Assembly (NCBI GenBank): GCA_951406725.2
Contig: OX597819.1
Location: 108,190,001 to 108,254,000, forward strand
Direction of reading: 5' to 3'
Source: Octopus vulgaris
Lineage: Eukaryota
DNA: 64,000 nt
Position 1 is the stretch's first letter; the number at the start of each line of letters is the position of its first letter. This document shows, one piece after another, positions 12,564 to 27,199 of this stretch. Made by a program: the position numbers and the translations under genes. A model generated the notes under the pieces. The model was not told the DNA's origin and did not search any database. It saw only the letters and a program-made list of their open reading frames with translations.

Positions 12564-13789
12564 AGTTAGACAAACTGACTTACAGGCATACCAAATGATA
12601 GACAAATTAAGATAAGAAGACTATAACAGGTCTATGGAGACTTGAACCTACAGCCATCAGGTTACTGGTCTAATCAACAGACTTATCAACATAGAACAGT
12701 CTTTACAGCAAGACTAATTGTGTGTTTATGTAGATTACAGGGTCATAACACACTCCCTGTTTAAGAATGAGACAACACTATTTTCTTTTTCTTTACCAAT
12801 AAATTTATTTAATATGCAACTGTTAGTTACATTCAGCAGATGAGATGTAAATTATATTTAGTATTTAACTAGCATCAAAATGGCATTTCAACTATGTCTT
12901 GCCACAGAAACATATGTTGGCTGCTCTTTTTATTTTGTCAAATAATACATTGTCGTGTTAGTTCAGGTTATCTGATCCCTCTTAGCAATGGCTGTCTCTT
13001 CCTTTCTTTTTTCTCTCACTGTGAATAGCAAAGTCTACCTTTCATCTCTACCCTTTCTCTCTCACCACCCCCTCTCTGCTGGTAGTTGTGCCTGTCTTTT
13101 TCAGTAGCAGTTTATATTGCATTGTCTCCCTTCTCTCTTTCATATTTCTTGTCTCTTACATCTTCCACATCTTTTACAGTACCTGAACACACACACACAC
13201 ACAAAGCCAATTTATTAGTGTATACAATGATTAACATATGTGAACATATATACCTTTTAAGTATATACAAACAGATAAGCAGAGACAGTTACCTACGGTG
13301 CATGTAACAATGGTCTAATTACAACAGGAATCTATTTAAAATGAAAACCTACTTATGATAAACAACCTCCACAATGGTTAATAAATGCTATTGTTGTTGT
13401 GTAGCTCCAAATTAACCCTATCAGGCTGACCTACAACCAAAAGATGGTCTGGATATCATCTACAAATCACAGTTTCAGACATACCGTTACTTTTGGGTAT
13501 AGAAGAACCATAATGTGCAGGGTAGTAATTTCCGAGCATATGCCCCACCAGTAAGAGCTGGGAAAATTGTGGTGGGGCATAGGATTCAAAATTTTCTTTT
13601 GCTTTTTAGTGGGATATAGAATTGTGAAAATCTTTTGTTTACAGTAAAACATACTACACCAATAGTCAGCGTAGCCAAAACAATCCCCCCAGCCAAGCAT
13701 ACTGTGTGAAGACTGTTTGCTACTGTATAGCACTATTCTAATGCCCTAGTGTGGATATTTCTTTAAGGAAAGTATATAATTATGAAATA

Positions 13790-14630
13790 TTCTTTTCTAC
13801 TCTAGGCACAAGGCCCAAAATTTAGATTGACCCCAGTAAGCAACTGGTACATAATTTATTGACTACAAAAGGAAGAAAGGCAAAGTCAACTTCAGTAGAA
13901 TTTGAACTCAAAATGTAAAGACAGGTGAAATACCTATTTCTTTACTACCCACAAGGGGCTAAACACAGAGAAGACTAACAAGGACAGACAAATGAATTAA
14001 GTCGATTATATCGACCCCAGTGCGTATGTGGTACTTATTTAATTGACCCCGAAAGGATGAAAGGCAAAGTTGACCTCAGAACGTAGCAGCAGACGAAATA
14101 CTGCTAAGCATTTCGCCCGGCGTGCTAACAATTCTGCCAGCTTGCTGCCTTATAATCATGAACTATTAAAAATAAAGTTGTTTCTTTCCAACCATCAGTG
14201 GGGTATACATTTTTCTGGAAAATTATAGTGGAGCCTGGGGAAAATATGATGGGAAATACTGGTGTAGGGGTTTATTATATCTTTTATCTTTTACTTATTT
14301 CAGTCATTAGATTGTGGCCATTCTGCGGCACTCCTTTAAAGGGTTTTGTTGAACAAACTGACCCCAAAACTTATTTTTTAAAGCCTGATACATATTCTAC
14401 CAGTCTCTTATATTCTTTACTACTCTAGGCACAAGACCTGAGATTTTGGAGGAGGGGGCCAGTCAATTAGATCAACCCTAGTATGCAACTGGTACTTAAT
14501 TTATTGACACCAAAAGGATGAAAGGCAAAGTCGACCTCAGTGGAATTTGAACTCAGAATGTAAAGAGAGACGAAATACCACTAGGCATTTCTCCTGGCAT
14601 GCTAATATTTCTGGCAGTTCGTCACCTTGC
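13790..14630 (-). mobile_element. Cluster of family B SINE copies and fragments
   Basis: The gaaaggcaaagtcgacctc..gaatttgaactcagaa motif recurs at about 13880, 14060 and 14520. Confidence 0.75.
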
Positions 14631-15044
14631 CAGTCTCTTATATTGAACTTTTCAGGTATATTACATTCAGAACTTCCTATTTTAAAAGATTGGAGAGTGA
14701 TTTGACAAAGATTTGGGTTGCTGTTTCTAATAGACAGAAGAACCATATGGAAGATCTCTCATTGGTTCTTGTCAGCAATTACTAACGAGTAATTTAATTT
14801 AATGTAGTGAGCCAAACATCATTTAAAATCAACTGAAATAAGCATAGGCATAACTAGGGATAAGAAGTTTGCTTCCCAACCACTGCACGGCACATTGGAC
14901 AAGTGTTTTCTACCATAACCCCAAGCCAACCGAAGCCTTATGAGAGGATTTAGTAGGCAGAAACTGGAGGAGCCCATCATATGTTTGTGCATGTGTATGT
15001 ATATGTATATATTATATACATGATTGACTGCTAACTCCACAAGT

Positions 15045-15202
15045 TTTTTTTACTCTCTCTCTGTTTATTTCCTCGTGTTCCTTTCTGTTGAAGAGCATAG
15101 GTTCGAAACATAAAAGACTTTCTCACCTTCCCTAGTGTCAAACTAATACACCTGCTTGTTGTTTATATACCTGTCTTCGTCCTTTGTTTTTCTGTAAATT
15201 TC

Positions 15203-15205
<3 letters not shown>
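15045..15205 (+). mobile_element. Penelope-like pLTR fragment with degenerate hammerhead motif, abutting (TA)n
   Basis: CUUU-CUGUUGA-A-GAGC-AUAG-GUUC-GAAA-CAUA-AAAG at 15081-15116. Same family as 49141-49275 (minus) and the 3' stub at 20535-20583. Confidence 0.6.
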
Positions 15206-15262
<57 letters not shown>

Positions 15263-15911
15263 CTCGCAATCTTGTGAACTAATACATCCACTTACCCTAT
15301 CCAATCCTTGGTCCTACCTCACTTATATACATCTCTCTGTAACTTGGGTGTACCCCACATCACATTTTCACTATCTTCACTCTTCTCTTCTCTCCCTCCT
15401 TCCCCATCCATCTCTTCTCTCTCACCTCTCTCTCCCACTGAGGTAGCCATGTATCTCCTTTACTGCAAGATGCCTGTTTCTCTCCTTCCCATCTACTCAG
15501 TCTAAGCAAATATAAAAAGGACTTCTGTATAAAGCAGCAATATCAATAACTTCATTAGGCAAAACACTTTACTGAGATGATAAGCACAGAGGAACAGTAA
15601 CTATAAGATTCTGGTCATCTGCACCTTTTTCTGCTTGTCCCCATTCTGGTTATCATCAGAATCTACAGACATGTTACAACCCAATATGGGAACCTCTGCT
15701 ATTTCTAGTAGATCTCTCTTTGCCAGAAATAGCAGCCAAATGTCCCTAAAATCACACATAATTCATTTTAAAACATGAAGACAACCAACAAGGGAGCTCC
15801 CACTTGATCATTAAACCTGCTAGAAACACCAGCTAAATCTCACTCAAATTACATTCTACAATCTTAAAAAGGAAGGACACATGTAGTCCTAGATACACTA
15901 TGTCCAAATAA

Positions 15912-15967
15912 AAACCTATGACTAAGGGCTCTAACCAGAAATGGTTAGAGCCCTTAGTCATAGGTTT
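15912..15967. repeat. Perfect inverted repeat, 26-bp arms with a 4-nt loop
   Basis: aaacctatgactaagggctctaacca-gaaa-tggttagagcccttagtcataggttt. Confidence 0.95.
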
Positions 15968-18643
15968 ACTGGATCTGTGTTGATAATATCAAGAGGCATG
16001 AAAAATGAGCAACACTGAAAATATATCACTGCATATTCCAAATAACTCTGTCATAGCCTGTCCTATGCCTGGTTGAAGATTTGGGTGTAGGACTGATACC
16101 CTACCATGTAAAAAAGACTCAGGTTGGAGGAACCAGATGACCAGATGGCACTCCATATGATAAACCACTGCATGTTTGAGAGCATAGTTTGGACAGCAAC
16201 CAGGTGGCAGTAATGATATATCTGAAGTAATGCATCTGTGGATCATGCAAATCTACCACCTGCCTGCTATAAGTCTTTTTGATTTGCAGTCGACCTGGAG
16301 CTAAAATAACAACCTCTAACAACCATCTCCACCGCTACTACCACCAGCACCACCGCCACCATCACTAAAATCATCACCATTATATAGTGAGCCAACAAGG
16401 GAGATACTAGTGAGCCAAACAAGGGAGACCAGCTAGAAATAGCAGCCAAATTCTATTGTATCAGATCCAACAGTCTTTAAAAATGGATACTTTAAATAAT
16501 GCAGTTCCAGGTATATGAAACCATAGAATAGTTAGGACTGGAATGACTTTAACTGTAGGTTTGCTTGATCAATGCTAGATACAACTGTTGCCACCACTGT
16601 CATGAACTCTGCCACAAGTACCACCACCACCACCACCACCAGCACTGCCATGAATTACCAACCCACCACCAACAACAATAAGCTATCAAAAAGAGAGACA
16701 AAAAGAGCAGCTGCTGAACAAAACTAGTTGCCCCTGTAATATAATTCTACCTTCCCCTACATAAGTAGTGCACAGGTGTACCCTACCTCTACTACTACCA
16801 TCACCATCTCTGCTTAGGATTAAGGTTCCATGTTATATAGGTGAGTGGATGGTAGAGGAGGAAGAAAAAATTAATTATCTTCTGAGAAAACTGCTGACAG
16901 GACTTGATTAGGTTTGTATTTAGATGGTAGTGTTGTTATTTAGCCCCAAGTCAGTCCTGAGTTAACAGATCTATGATTTAAGGTATTCCAGTCACAACCA
17001 TCTCACCATTTTCTCCAGCCAAAGAGTAAGTAGGACTACATCGTCCAATGTGTCCTTCACTTTTTTAAGATAGTAGGGTGTGATCTGATGGTGATCTAGC
17101 TGTTTTTTCTAACTGAATGAGTAACCATATGGAGGCTCTCTCATTGGCTCATGGTCGTTGTTGGAATAAGTGGCGATAGTGGTAATGTTAGGAATTGGCT
17201 GTAAATGGTGGGCTTGATGGCATGGATCTAATGTTTGTGTAGTGGTATAGCAACAGCAGTGGTGGTGGTGGTGGTAGTGGTGTTAATTACCCTCTTATTG
17301 CCTGACTTCCAACCTCTCACTTATACAAGCTCACTGCTTTAAGTCAGTTTAATTAGTATGGATAGCAGTGGAGGTGGTGGTGGTGGTGGTGGTGACATTA
17401 GTTAAGGGATTAAAATAAAGAGTGGAGTGGATTAAGATAAAAGGAACAACAGAGGAACCGCAGCGAAAGAAAAAGAGCAAAGGTGGGGGAGATCATCAGA
17501 AGTAGAGACGGATTGGTTAAATAAAACAGATTAGGTTGTTTATGTGAAAGAAAAAAGGGGAGACCTTAAAGAGTAAATCCGATTTAACACATGAAAAGTG
17601 TGGCGGCAGCCTTAATGCTATAAATTGGCACACTTTTGTCAAAGAGGAAGGGACTGTTTAATATTTTGGTAAAAGCCTGCTTGAGACAGTCTGTCTGACA
17701 GTCTGATAAAAATCCCTTCTATTTTAAAGTGCTTGAATTGAAATCAAAACCTTCTGTCATGCAAAATCCCTTTGTTAAGTTATGATCCAAATACCAGATT
17801 AGTAGAGAAATAAATGTACAAGCTGGTTTTATTAACACAAAAAATTTCTTCTGAGTCACACAGACATGCCTGAATCTATATGTATTTACCCATATAAATG
17901 TATATAACTGTGTGTGTGAATATGGTGATCTTATGCTAGGAGATGATGGGGTAAAGTATGAAAGGAGGTGAACAGAACAGGTTCCTTGTTGTAGAGAAGC
18001 AACATACATTATAGAAGATTTGGCATGAGTAACTGGGCTGGAAGAGTAAAGAGATAAAATAGTGATGATGAAGTGTTAGGGTGGACCCTCAAGGTACAAG
18101 AAAGTGAATAGGAATAGAGACAGAGAATAAGGTTGAGTAGAGGTTACAAAAGAATTAGGGGAGAAGCAGATGTGGTGTATGAGTTGAATGAAAGATGAAT
18201 GATAGTTGAGAAGGAGAGATAATTTGATAACTCAGAAGGGTGATCAATGTAAAATGTGAACGAAGAAGGACAATATTAAGAAATAAGCATGGACAACAAG
18301 TGAAGTGAATTAAACAGACCTATTTACAGTTTCTTCCATGCTTGACTGAACCCTAAACAATAACACAATTCCCACATCAAATCAAACAAAATCTCCTCAC
18401 AACAGCTTTCTCTAAACCCACCTAAAAACACATACTTCTCACCTATCCTTCTCCCTATACATCTACTTCCCTACATCACAACTAATTACCATTTCACAAA
18501 ACTCCACCTATCCCCCCCCCAAAAAAAAATCCCAAAGACAGTATGAAGTCAAAACTAAGCCAAGGATAGCACAGCCTGACAAATGTGAGAAAGGTGGAAC
18601 TTCAAAGTCAAGTCACTGTCAAGCTTTACCTTGTAAAAGTTTA

Positions 18644-18682
<39 letters not shown>

Positions 18683-19344
18683 CACACACACATAGATATA
18701 TGTATAAACAGACAAATGTTAAAATCTGTCTGAAACTCATTCAGTTGGAGCTTATCCCAATTTCAAAGATGTATAAGTGAACTGGAACAACAGGAATCCC
18801 TTTCCCCACTCAAATGAGATGCCAGTTCACTGGAAGATTAAAACCCCAGCTAATGGTACTCATTTCAGCAGAGTAAATTGGAATAATGAGAAGTGAAGTG
18901 CTTCATTCAAAGATACAGCCTGACACCAGATGAAGAACGGAACCACAGCATTATGGTCATGAATGGACACCTTAACTGCTAGGCCAGTGGGATAACAGAT
19001 TCCTATCAAGCAAACACATCATGACCATTGATTGATCACCACTTCAACTGATCAAATATAACTAAGTGAATTGAGTAAAGTAAGCTTAAAACATCTTGGT
19101 TTGCCAACTTCTTTCTTGTATTCACCCCAAAAGAACTTAACTGTGTTTTAATTAAAGCCATAGGAATATTTAAATATAGAAATTAACACAAGCATGTGTT
19201 TGTAGTTAACATAGTTTGATGTTCCTATCTTTAGGCATACAGATAATAATGTTCTATGAACATTTAAGTACACTGCTATACACTTTAGAAGGAAAACCCC
19301 AAATTTTATTTTCTCTCACCACAACACCAAACTTAAATCTGCTC

Positions 19345-19555
19345 CTAAATGTGACCTAGATATTATTGTCAACAATGACATGCATTGGAGGAACAATATT
19401 TCTAAAATCATTAAAAAAGCCAAAGGTGTCTTAGCATCACTCAATAAGACTTTTGTAAGCCATTCACCATCTATCTATTTAAAGCTATATATGGCTATAA
19501 TACATCCACACTTAGAGTTTGCATCTCCTGTCTAAAACCCTCATCTTGTCCAAAA
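19345..19555 (+). mobile_element. CR1/L2-like LINE RT C-terminal fragment
   Basis: DLDIIVNNDMHWRNNISKIIKKAKGVLASLNKTF..LKLYMAIIHPHLEFASPV*NPH. Confidence 0.7.
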
Positions 19556-19564
19556 AATAAATAT

Positions 19565-19875
19565 TATTATGCATGGGGCGTAGTTGAGCAAGAGACCAAC
19601 AAAACTGCTTGTAACACCAAAGAAGAACTGAAGGCAAGGATTATGGCAGCATTCACCATCTTAAACAGGGAAACCATCCAGAAGAGTTGCAGGAGATTCT
19701 GAAGTCGTCTGGAGGCCATGGTTGAATTCAATGGTGGTTTTATTGAATAAATTTGCTGTTTAGTATTTCAAGATATTTTTATGTAATTTTGGTAAATATA
19801 TCTGTTAAAATGAGATGTCAGTGTTATTTTCATTTTGTGTAATTTAGATGACAGTTTATTCACCACACCCAGTAT
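19565..19875 (+). mobile_element. Tc1/mariner-superfamily transposon 3' end
   Basis: WGVVEQETNKTACNTKEELKARIMAAF..KSCRRF*SRLEAMVEFNGGFIE*, then a TIR-like end accacacccag followed by TA. Confidence 0.75.
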
Positions 19876-19889
19876 ATATATCTTTTACC

Positions 19890-20440
19890 TCTGTTGGCTA
19901 CAAAAGGTTTCTCTCTCCAAGTGAAAGGAAGATTGTATGATGCATGTATACAGACAATGATTCTACATGGTAGTGAGATGTGAGCCCTGAATGCCGAGGA
20001 ATGAGGCTGATATACTCCACTGGATGTGTAATGTACATATTCGATAGAGTGCTAGTGTATTGGGAAAGACGTTAGGCATAAGAGGAATTAGATGCAGTGT
20101 GCAAGAGAGAAGACAGTGCTGCTTTAGTCATGTGATGCAGATGGATGCTGACAGCTCCATAAAGAAGTGTCAATCTCTTAGAGTAGACAGAACACGTGGA
20201 AGTGGGAGACCCTGGAAAACATGGGATGAAATACTGAAAGACAGCTTGAGTATGCTGAACCTTTCAGATAAGATGACAAAGGACTGAGAGGCCTGGCACC
20301 TTGCTGTACTCAAGTGCCATATAAAAAGCACTTGTCCTGGTGCCACATAAAGGCACTCATGTGGTATCATGTAAAAGCACCCAGCACACTCTGTAAAGTG
20401 GTTGGCATTAGGAAGGGCATCCAGTCATAGAAACCATGTC
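19890..20440 (+). mobile_element. RTE-clade LINE 3' fragment
   Basis: KGRLYDACIQTMILHGSE..LGIRGIRCSVQERR..GSGRPWKTWDEILK, then the shared 3'UTR. Confidence 0.8.
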
Positions 20441-20441
20441 G

Positions 20442-20472
<31 letters not shown>

Positions 20473-20579
20473 TACACACATATATATTCATATATATATA
20501 CATATATATTTACGTGTGTGTGTGTGTGTGTGTGTGTTGTTTACACACCCGTCTTCGTCTTTTATCTTTTTGTAAATTC

Positions 20580-20638
<59 letters not shown>

Positions 20639-23171
20639 GTCTAAGGAGAGTCATTATGCCAATATTATTAACACATGAACTGGATTTGTGAACAGTAGCA
20701 TTTATGGAGATAGGCTTCCAACAGGACCATCATTGGTTCACTGCATTATTTCTAATGGCAAGACAGAGAAGAGAGGTTTTTGGATTAGGCCTTTGAAAGC
20801 CTCTACTCATTCAAGCAGCCTTTTGTGACACTTTCTGGATGCATTTGTATATAAACACACATATTTGTATATAAACACACATATTTTTTATGTGTGAGTG
20901 CGTACATATATAGATACATAATACAACCAATGCATATTCTACATATATATACACAGAGTTAGTTACACACAGCTCAGCATTTTCTTGCCTCAGCCTCATT
21001 TACATCAGTTCCACCCTTCAGAAGAACTACCCCTACCATCAACTCCCACATTCTCAATGCTACAAGAAACATCATCACCAGTGGCATCATTATCATCACA
21101 GCAATCACCATGACCAAGTCAACAATCGTGTGTGTGTCTATGTGTGTCAGAGAAGACACACACACACAAACACACATATATATATATATGCATACACATG
21201 TACGCATATATACCATCCTACCACAAACACACATATGCATGCACACACACACACACACACACTCACTCACACACACACATAAACACACATATATACATGC
21301 ATACACATGTACGCATATATACCATCCCACCACAAACACACACAGAGTTACACATCCAGTGTATAATATTTACATAACACATTTCTGGAAACATGTGACT
21401 GGGTCCCTCCTTCACTACTACTCCTTCTCTGTTGGGTGGGTGGATAAGTGGTTGTGTGTCTGACTCTTAGCCCAGTAGCAGCAGTTGATGAGGTGGGAGA
21501 AAAAGGGATCAAATCAGCCTGTTGGATATCACTGATTATTTTTATGATACTTTTATTTTTTTTTACTTAATTTCACCTCCCCCAACTGCAATATTCTTAT
21601 GGTGTGTGCATGTAATTGTATGAGGGTATGTGTAAGTAGTTGTATGAAATATAATATAAACATACAAGAGCATGTGTGTTTATGTAGATATGGGTATGTG
21701 TGTATGAATTTGTGTGTTTATCTAGTTAGATATTTGTAACTGTGTGTTGTCAGCATGTATCTGGGTTAATATAAATATATATATATATACATCTATGTAC
21801 TTGTATATGTATCTGTATATATTACACATCTATGTGTTTATATTGATATACTATACATGTGTATGCAAATATATACACATATAGATATATACAGACATAT
21901 GTGTACTTGTGTGTTTGCTTCCAACACACAAGAGGAAATGATATAGGTAGGTGTTTAAATTCTTATCTTTGAATTAACATTTTAATAAAAATGTATTTAT
22001 GCATGTATATACATACACACACTAACACCTGTGTGTGTACGTGTACGTCCATGCATGCGTGCGTGTGTGTGCGTGTGCACAACTGAGTTGTTGTTTAGTC
22101 GCCAATTCAACCCTTATCTAGCAGACCTATGCTAAGGGGTATTGTAATAATGACCATTCCATCTGTTTTCTCAGACATAATGTATCCAATGTGTTCTTTT
22201 TTTAAGATGGTAGGGTGATATACTTTAAGATTCTTTTAGCTGCTAAGAATCATGCACATTTAATTACTGATTTTTTTTATTGCCATTTCAGTAAGTACAA
22301 ATAAATGCATGATTCCCTGAGGAGGTGAGAATAAGGTCAAAACATTTTTTAAGTTGTCTCCCTTACCCATTGACCTATTGTTTTGCTTTTTTTCGTAATG
22401 GCACAATTATTTCTAGTTGGTTTTTTTAATGGTTCATGTATGACATATGTCAATGAGGAATGGCATCTTTGACATAATCTTTAGAGCATCGTACAAAATG
22501 CTCGTAATATTTAGTTGCAGTCCTTTGCATTCTGAGTTCAATTCCCACTGAGGTCAATTTTGCCTTTCATTATTCAGGGATGAATAAAACAAGGGACCAA
22601 TCAAGCACAGATGATGATTATAAAACTGCAATAAAGCACTCTAGATGTAAACAAAGTCATACTAGAAGAATGAACTTTTTTTCTATCATCATTGAAAGGG
22701 AGGACGGAAAGAAAGAGATAAAAAGAGAGGGGGATTATTATTCTAAAATTGACTGTGCAAAACTACAATAGCGCCAGCCAGCAGCTATGTTAAATAATTT
22801 AAACCAGCTCATCTACAAGACTGACCTGTTTTTGATGCCAGTCAGAAACTTGTAAACAATTAAAACAGCAGCCATTTGTTGTACGATGCATAAATAACTT
22901 AACAATTCTGCTCATGATTGCCTGTTTTTTATTATGTTATTTTTTTTTTTTGATTTGATTGTTGTGAGTTTAGAAATTATCCTTTTGTTTTTGGTCCCTG
23001 ATATTTTAGGTCATTCTTTTATATGCTTAAAATTTATTTTTGGTACTTTATGGAAAAAACAGTAAAAGTGATGTTGATGCATTGCATACAAACTTATATC
23101 CATTCATGTGTGAGTTTACTCCCCACCCCCATATCTGTTCAATAGCCACACACATTCACAAATAGACATTG

Positions 23172-23445
23172 TGAATGGCCTAGTGGTTAGAGCAGCGGAC
23201 TCGCAGTCGAGGGATCGCGGGTTCGAATCTCAGACCGGGCGATGTGAGTGTTTATGAGCAAAACACCTAAGCTCCACGTGGCTCCGGCAGAAGATAATGG
23301 CGAACTTCTGCTGACTCTTTCGCCACAACTTTCTCTCACTCTTTCCTCCTGCATCTTGCAGCTCACCTGCGACGGACCGGTGTTCTGTCCAGGTGGGGAA
23401 CCTATACGCCAAGGAAACCGGGAAACCAGCCCTTATGAGCCAGGA
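23172..23445 (+). mobile_element. Young tRNA-derived SINE, family C
   Basis: A box TGGCCTAGTGG and B box GGTTCGAATCT, CpG-rich. The 3' end ggaaaccgggaaaccagccc..atgagcc resembles about 54285-54312. Confidence 0.8.
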
Positions 23446-24257
23446 ACAAACAAAACAAATAGACATTATACACTCACACGAAATACATATAGGTATAACA
23501 TTACTCCACCACCACCACAACCACCACTACCACCACCACAACCACCACCACCACCACCACCAAAAAGAAAAAATTCAAAGAAACTAGTGATGGCTTGTGT
23601 TTGATAAAAAAATTTAATTATCAACATTAGTAAAAAATTAAGGTTAAATAAAAAATTTCTTCAGTTTATATGCCACTCAGAGAAGAGTTGTGTGTATGTG
23701 CATATGTGTATATATAATGTGCATGTGTGTATATGTAATGTGCATGTGTGTATATGTAATGTGCATGTGTGTATATGTAATGTGCATGTGCAAAATTTTC
23801 CACCTACACTATTTATAAACATGTTTTCCATTTTCTCAATGTTAAATAAGTCTGAAGATTACCACCCAAGATAACTCTGCTGATCAATGTGAAGCACTGA
23901 AAGTCCCAATTTTCATGATGTGTGTGTGTGTTTTAGGAAGTTGACTGTTATGGCCAGTTAAATAGTAATCATTGGCTTTGCACCTTATAAAGCAAAACCA
24001 ATGGTCACTCCCTGACTGGCCATAACAATCAACTAACTCTCTAAAGTATATATTCTTTTCTACTCTAGGTACAAGGTCCGAAATTTCTGGGGAGGGGACC
24101 AGTCGATTAGATCAACCCCAGTTCGCAACCAGTACTTAATCTATCAACCCCGAAATGATGAAAGGCAAAGTCGACCTTGGCTTAAAATATATTTTACTGC
24201 CTTAATGTTTCAGAGTGTGCTTCTTTTTTGGATATACGAACTACTACTGACAAGATG

Positions 24258-24303
<46 letters not shown>

Positions 24304-25197
24304 CACATACACACATAATAGGATTCGTAAACAGATTTATTATGGCAATGTATATATAGACTCACACCACACACACATTTACACATTCTCTCACTCTCTC
24401 TCTATCTATCTATCAATCTATCTATCTCTCTATCTAGCAGGTTTATGCACAATCATAAAAGGTAGTGAGTTGGTAGAGACATAAGTATGTCAGATAGAAT
24501 GCCTTGAGGTATTTCCTCTCATTTTCTGCACACTGATTTCAAATCTCACCAAAGTCAACTTTGTTTTTACCCTCCTGGGATCAATAGTGTATCAGTCAAG
24601 TACTGGGGTCAGTTTCTCTTGTTTTTGGAATCAACTACATTTTGCCATTAGAAAGGTTGTTGATTCATACTCACTGCATTCCTTTCTCCAGAAATGGAGA
24701 AGGGTTGAGCAAGAACTTAGGGACTTCCTCTCTTAGAAAAACTGTTATTTTATTGAAACTATCCAAGAACTTCTCAATGTGTAGCACACCATGAAATAGT
24801 AACAAAATTGAAAATATAGGTTAAATATAATGTAATATAATATGATATAGATTATCATCATCATATGTATGTGTGTATGTTGCTAACCTACCTACAAAAC
24901 CATAAAACTGTGTTAATATGTGAACAAGTGGGGGTGGGGATGATAATTGCATAATAAAGTATGTTTGTTTGTGTGTGTATATGTGTGTGTTTATTTATGT
25001 GTTTGTGTGTGTCAGTAAGCAGTCGAATATTTTGGTACTTGTTAAGTGGAAGGAAATGTAATGAAGTGTTTATTCGGTACTCATTGGCAACTACGTTAGT
25101 ATTTACGTATAGTATGACGTGTGTGTGTGCGTGTGTATGTATGCATCTACCCATATGTTTACTATCATGACATACAGTAGGAAAGATTATTGTTGAT

Positions 25198-25231
<34 letters not shown>

Positions 25232-25849
25232 ACATTCAATGTCCACTTCCCATGCTGGCATGGGTTAGACAGCTTGGCAGAAACTGACAAGGCCAGGGGG
25301 CTGCTCCAGGTTCCATAGTTTGTTTTTACTTAGTTTCAATAGCTGGATGCTCTTCCTAATGCCAACCACTTTACAGATATGAAATTACAAATTAAGAATT
25401 TATTCCTCTGTCTCTCTATCTTTTTATCTGTCTAACAATAGAGTGATGTATCTTTCTTTCTACATATCCATCCAACCAATTATTTACTTATGCATGCATG
25501 CATGCATGTATATTTTTCTCTGAGATATATTTAAGTTTTTTTATTTTGCTAGTAGAATTAAAGTTGATCACTAAGTAAATGGCTTTAATTCCAAAATATC
25601 TTTTGACTTACAAGAGTCAAGACAGCTTTGGGGAGCTGCGGATATCTGAAATGAATAGCATGTGCATACAATATGTGTATAAGTGTACACACAAATGTGT
25701 GTGGATAAATATGCACTCATGTAGTGTATATGAATATAATTTTAGTACACAACTGTATATGCATTAGTGTTTATGTGTGTGTGTTCTATATGTATATGTG
25801 AGTGCATGTATTCCATATTCCATGTAATTGCGTGCATGTGTTCAGACCT

Positions 25850-26135
25850 GGAACATCAAACAGAGAATGTTTTACAAACTTTTTACTATGCCTCTAATTG
25901 ATTGTATTTGAAGAATGCAAATCAGTTTGTTCTGTTTTCTTTGTGGTGAATCTCAGCATTTCTAGGTTTTAATGTAGATTTGTTGTTACATTGACCTGCA
26001 CAATTACGATAACAGGTACAAATGAAAATCTATAACCAGGAGATAAGGAAGGGTAGATTTTTCATTAGTTCTCCCTAGATGTTTTCCCCAATTTTTGGCA
26101 TTATGTTCACATCCATCATGCAGCCAACCTCTTGG
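25850..26135 (-). mobile_element. R4/Dong-like LINE endonuclease-region remnant
   Basis: The minus strand reads DVNI..*GELMKNL..PGYRFSFVPVIV, the same region as in 27200-28220. Confidence 0.5.
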
Positions 26136-26249
26136 AATACTCCAGCAGTATTCTATATCTTTAAAGGTGTGGATACACTCTGGTTATGGTGTGCCTTAGG
26201 CATGGCCATCATGACAATCATTCTTACGTTATAGCATTGTAGATGATAT

Positions 26250-27018
26250 AGAGGCAATGATAAAAGACCAAGACCTCTGGAGATATGCTGTGACTGTGAC
26301 GACCTGACAAATGAAGTGAGTTCATGGCTCGCAGGATGGCCTGCTGTGCTTAACTTGGATCGTAGGGTGACCTGCTGTGCTTGAGGAGACCTATTGAGTC
26401 AAGTACATCAACATCAAAATAAAAATCAAATGGAAATTGTAGTTGTGATACCCGTGCTGGTGGCACATAAAAACACCATCCGAACGTGGCCAATGCCAGT
26501 GCTGCCTTGACTGGCATCCATGCCAGTGGCACCTAAAAAGCACTCACTACACTCACGGAGTGGTTGACGTTAGGAAAGGCATCCAGCTGTAGAAACACTG
26601 CCAGATCAGACTGGAGCCTGGTGCAGCCTCCTGGCTTCTCAGACCCCGGTCGGACCGTCCAACCCATGCTAGCATGGAAAACGGACGTTAAATGATGATG
26701 ATGATGATATATATATATAAAAGCACTTTTTGAGCATTGTGCCTCACGGAGGCAATGACAAATGACCAATATGCCATGCTTCAGTAGAAGACCCATCAAG
26801 CCAAGTGAAATTGTAGATACTGGTGTCACACAACTGGCACCCGTGCCAGTGATATGCACTCATTACACTCTCGAAGTGGTTGTTGTTAGGAAGGGCATCC
26901 AGCCATAGAAACCATGCCAAATTGAATCGGCTGTTGCCCCTCAGCTTACTAGCCCTAGTTAAACCATCCAATCCATGCCAGCATGGACAATGGACGTTAA
27001 ATGGTGATGATGATGATA
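26250..27018 (+). mobile_element. Two tandem RTE 3'-end elements
   Basis: Each ends in ggacgttaaatg(atg)n, at 26708 and 27018. Confidence 0.75.
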
Positions 27019-27199
27019 TATATGTGTGTGTGCGTGCTTCTTTGAGCTTTATTTAAGTTCTTCTTAAGAGGGTTCAAGCCAGTCACTAACAAAGTGACAA
27101 TACTTTTGGAGTTAAGAGTTCCCAGTGTTTGTAAACATGTGGGCTGAGTTGCTGTGTTGGTTGAGCTGTCAATGCACACATAGGTATGCACATCTGTTC

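Noticed and set aside
23172-23245. tRNA gene
   Set aside because: It has A and B boxes but no convincing acceptor stem, and it continues into a SINE body, so it is a tRNA-derived SINE head.
23710-23790. 21-bp minisatellite, about 4 copies
   Set aside because: It is an ordinary TG/TA-derived tandem repeat with no further structure.
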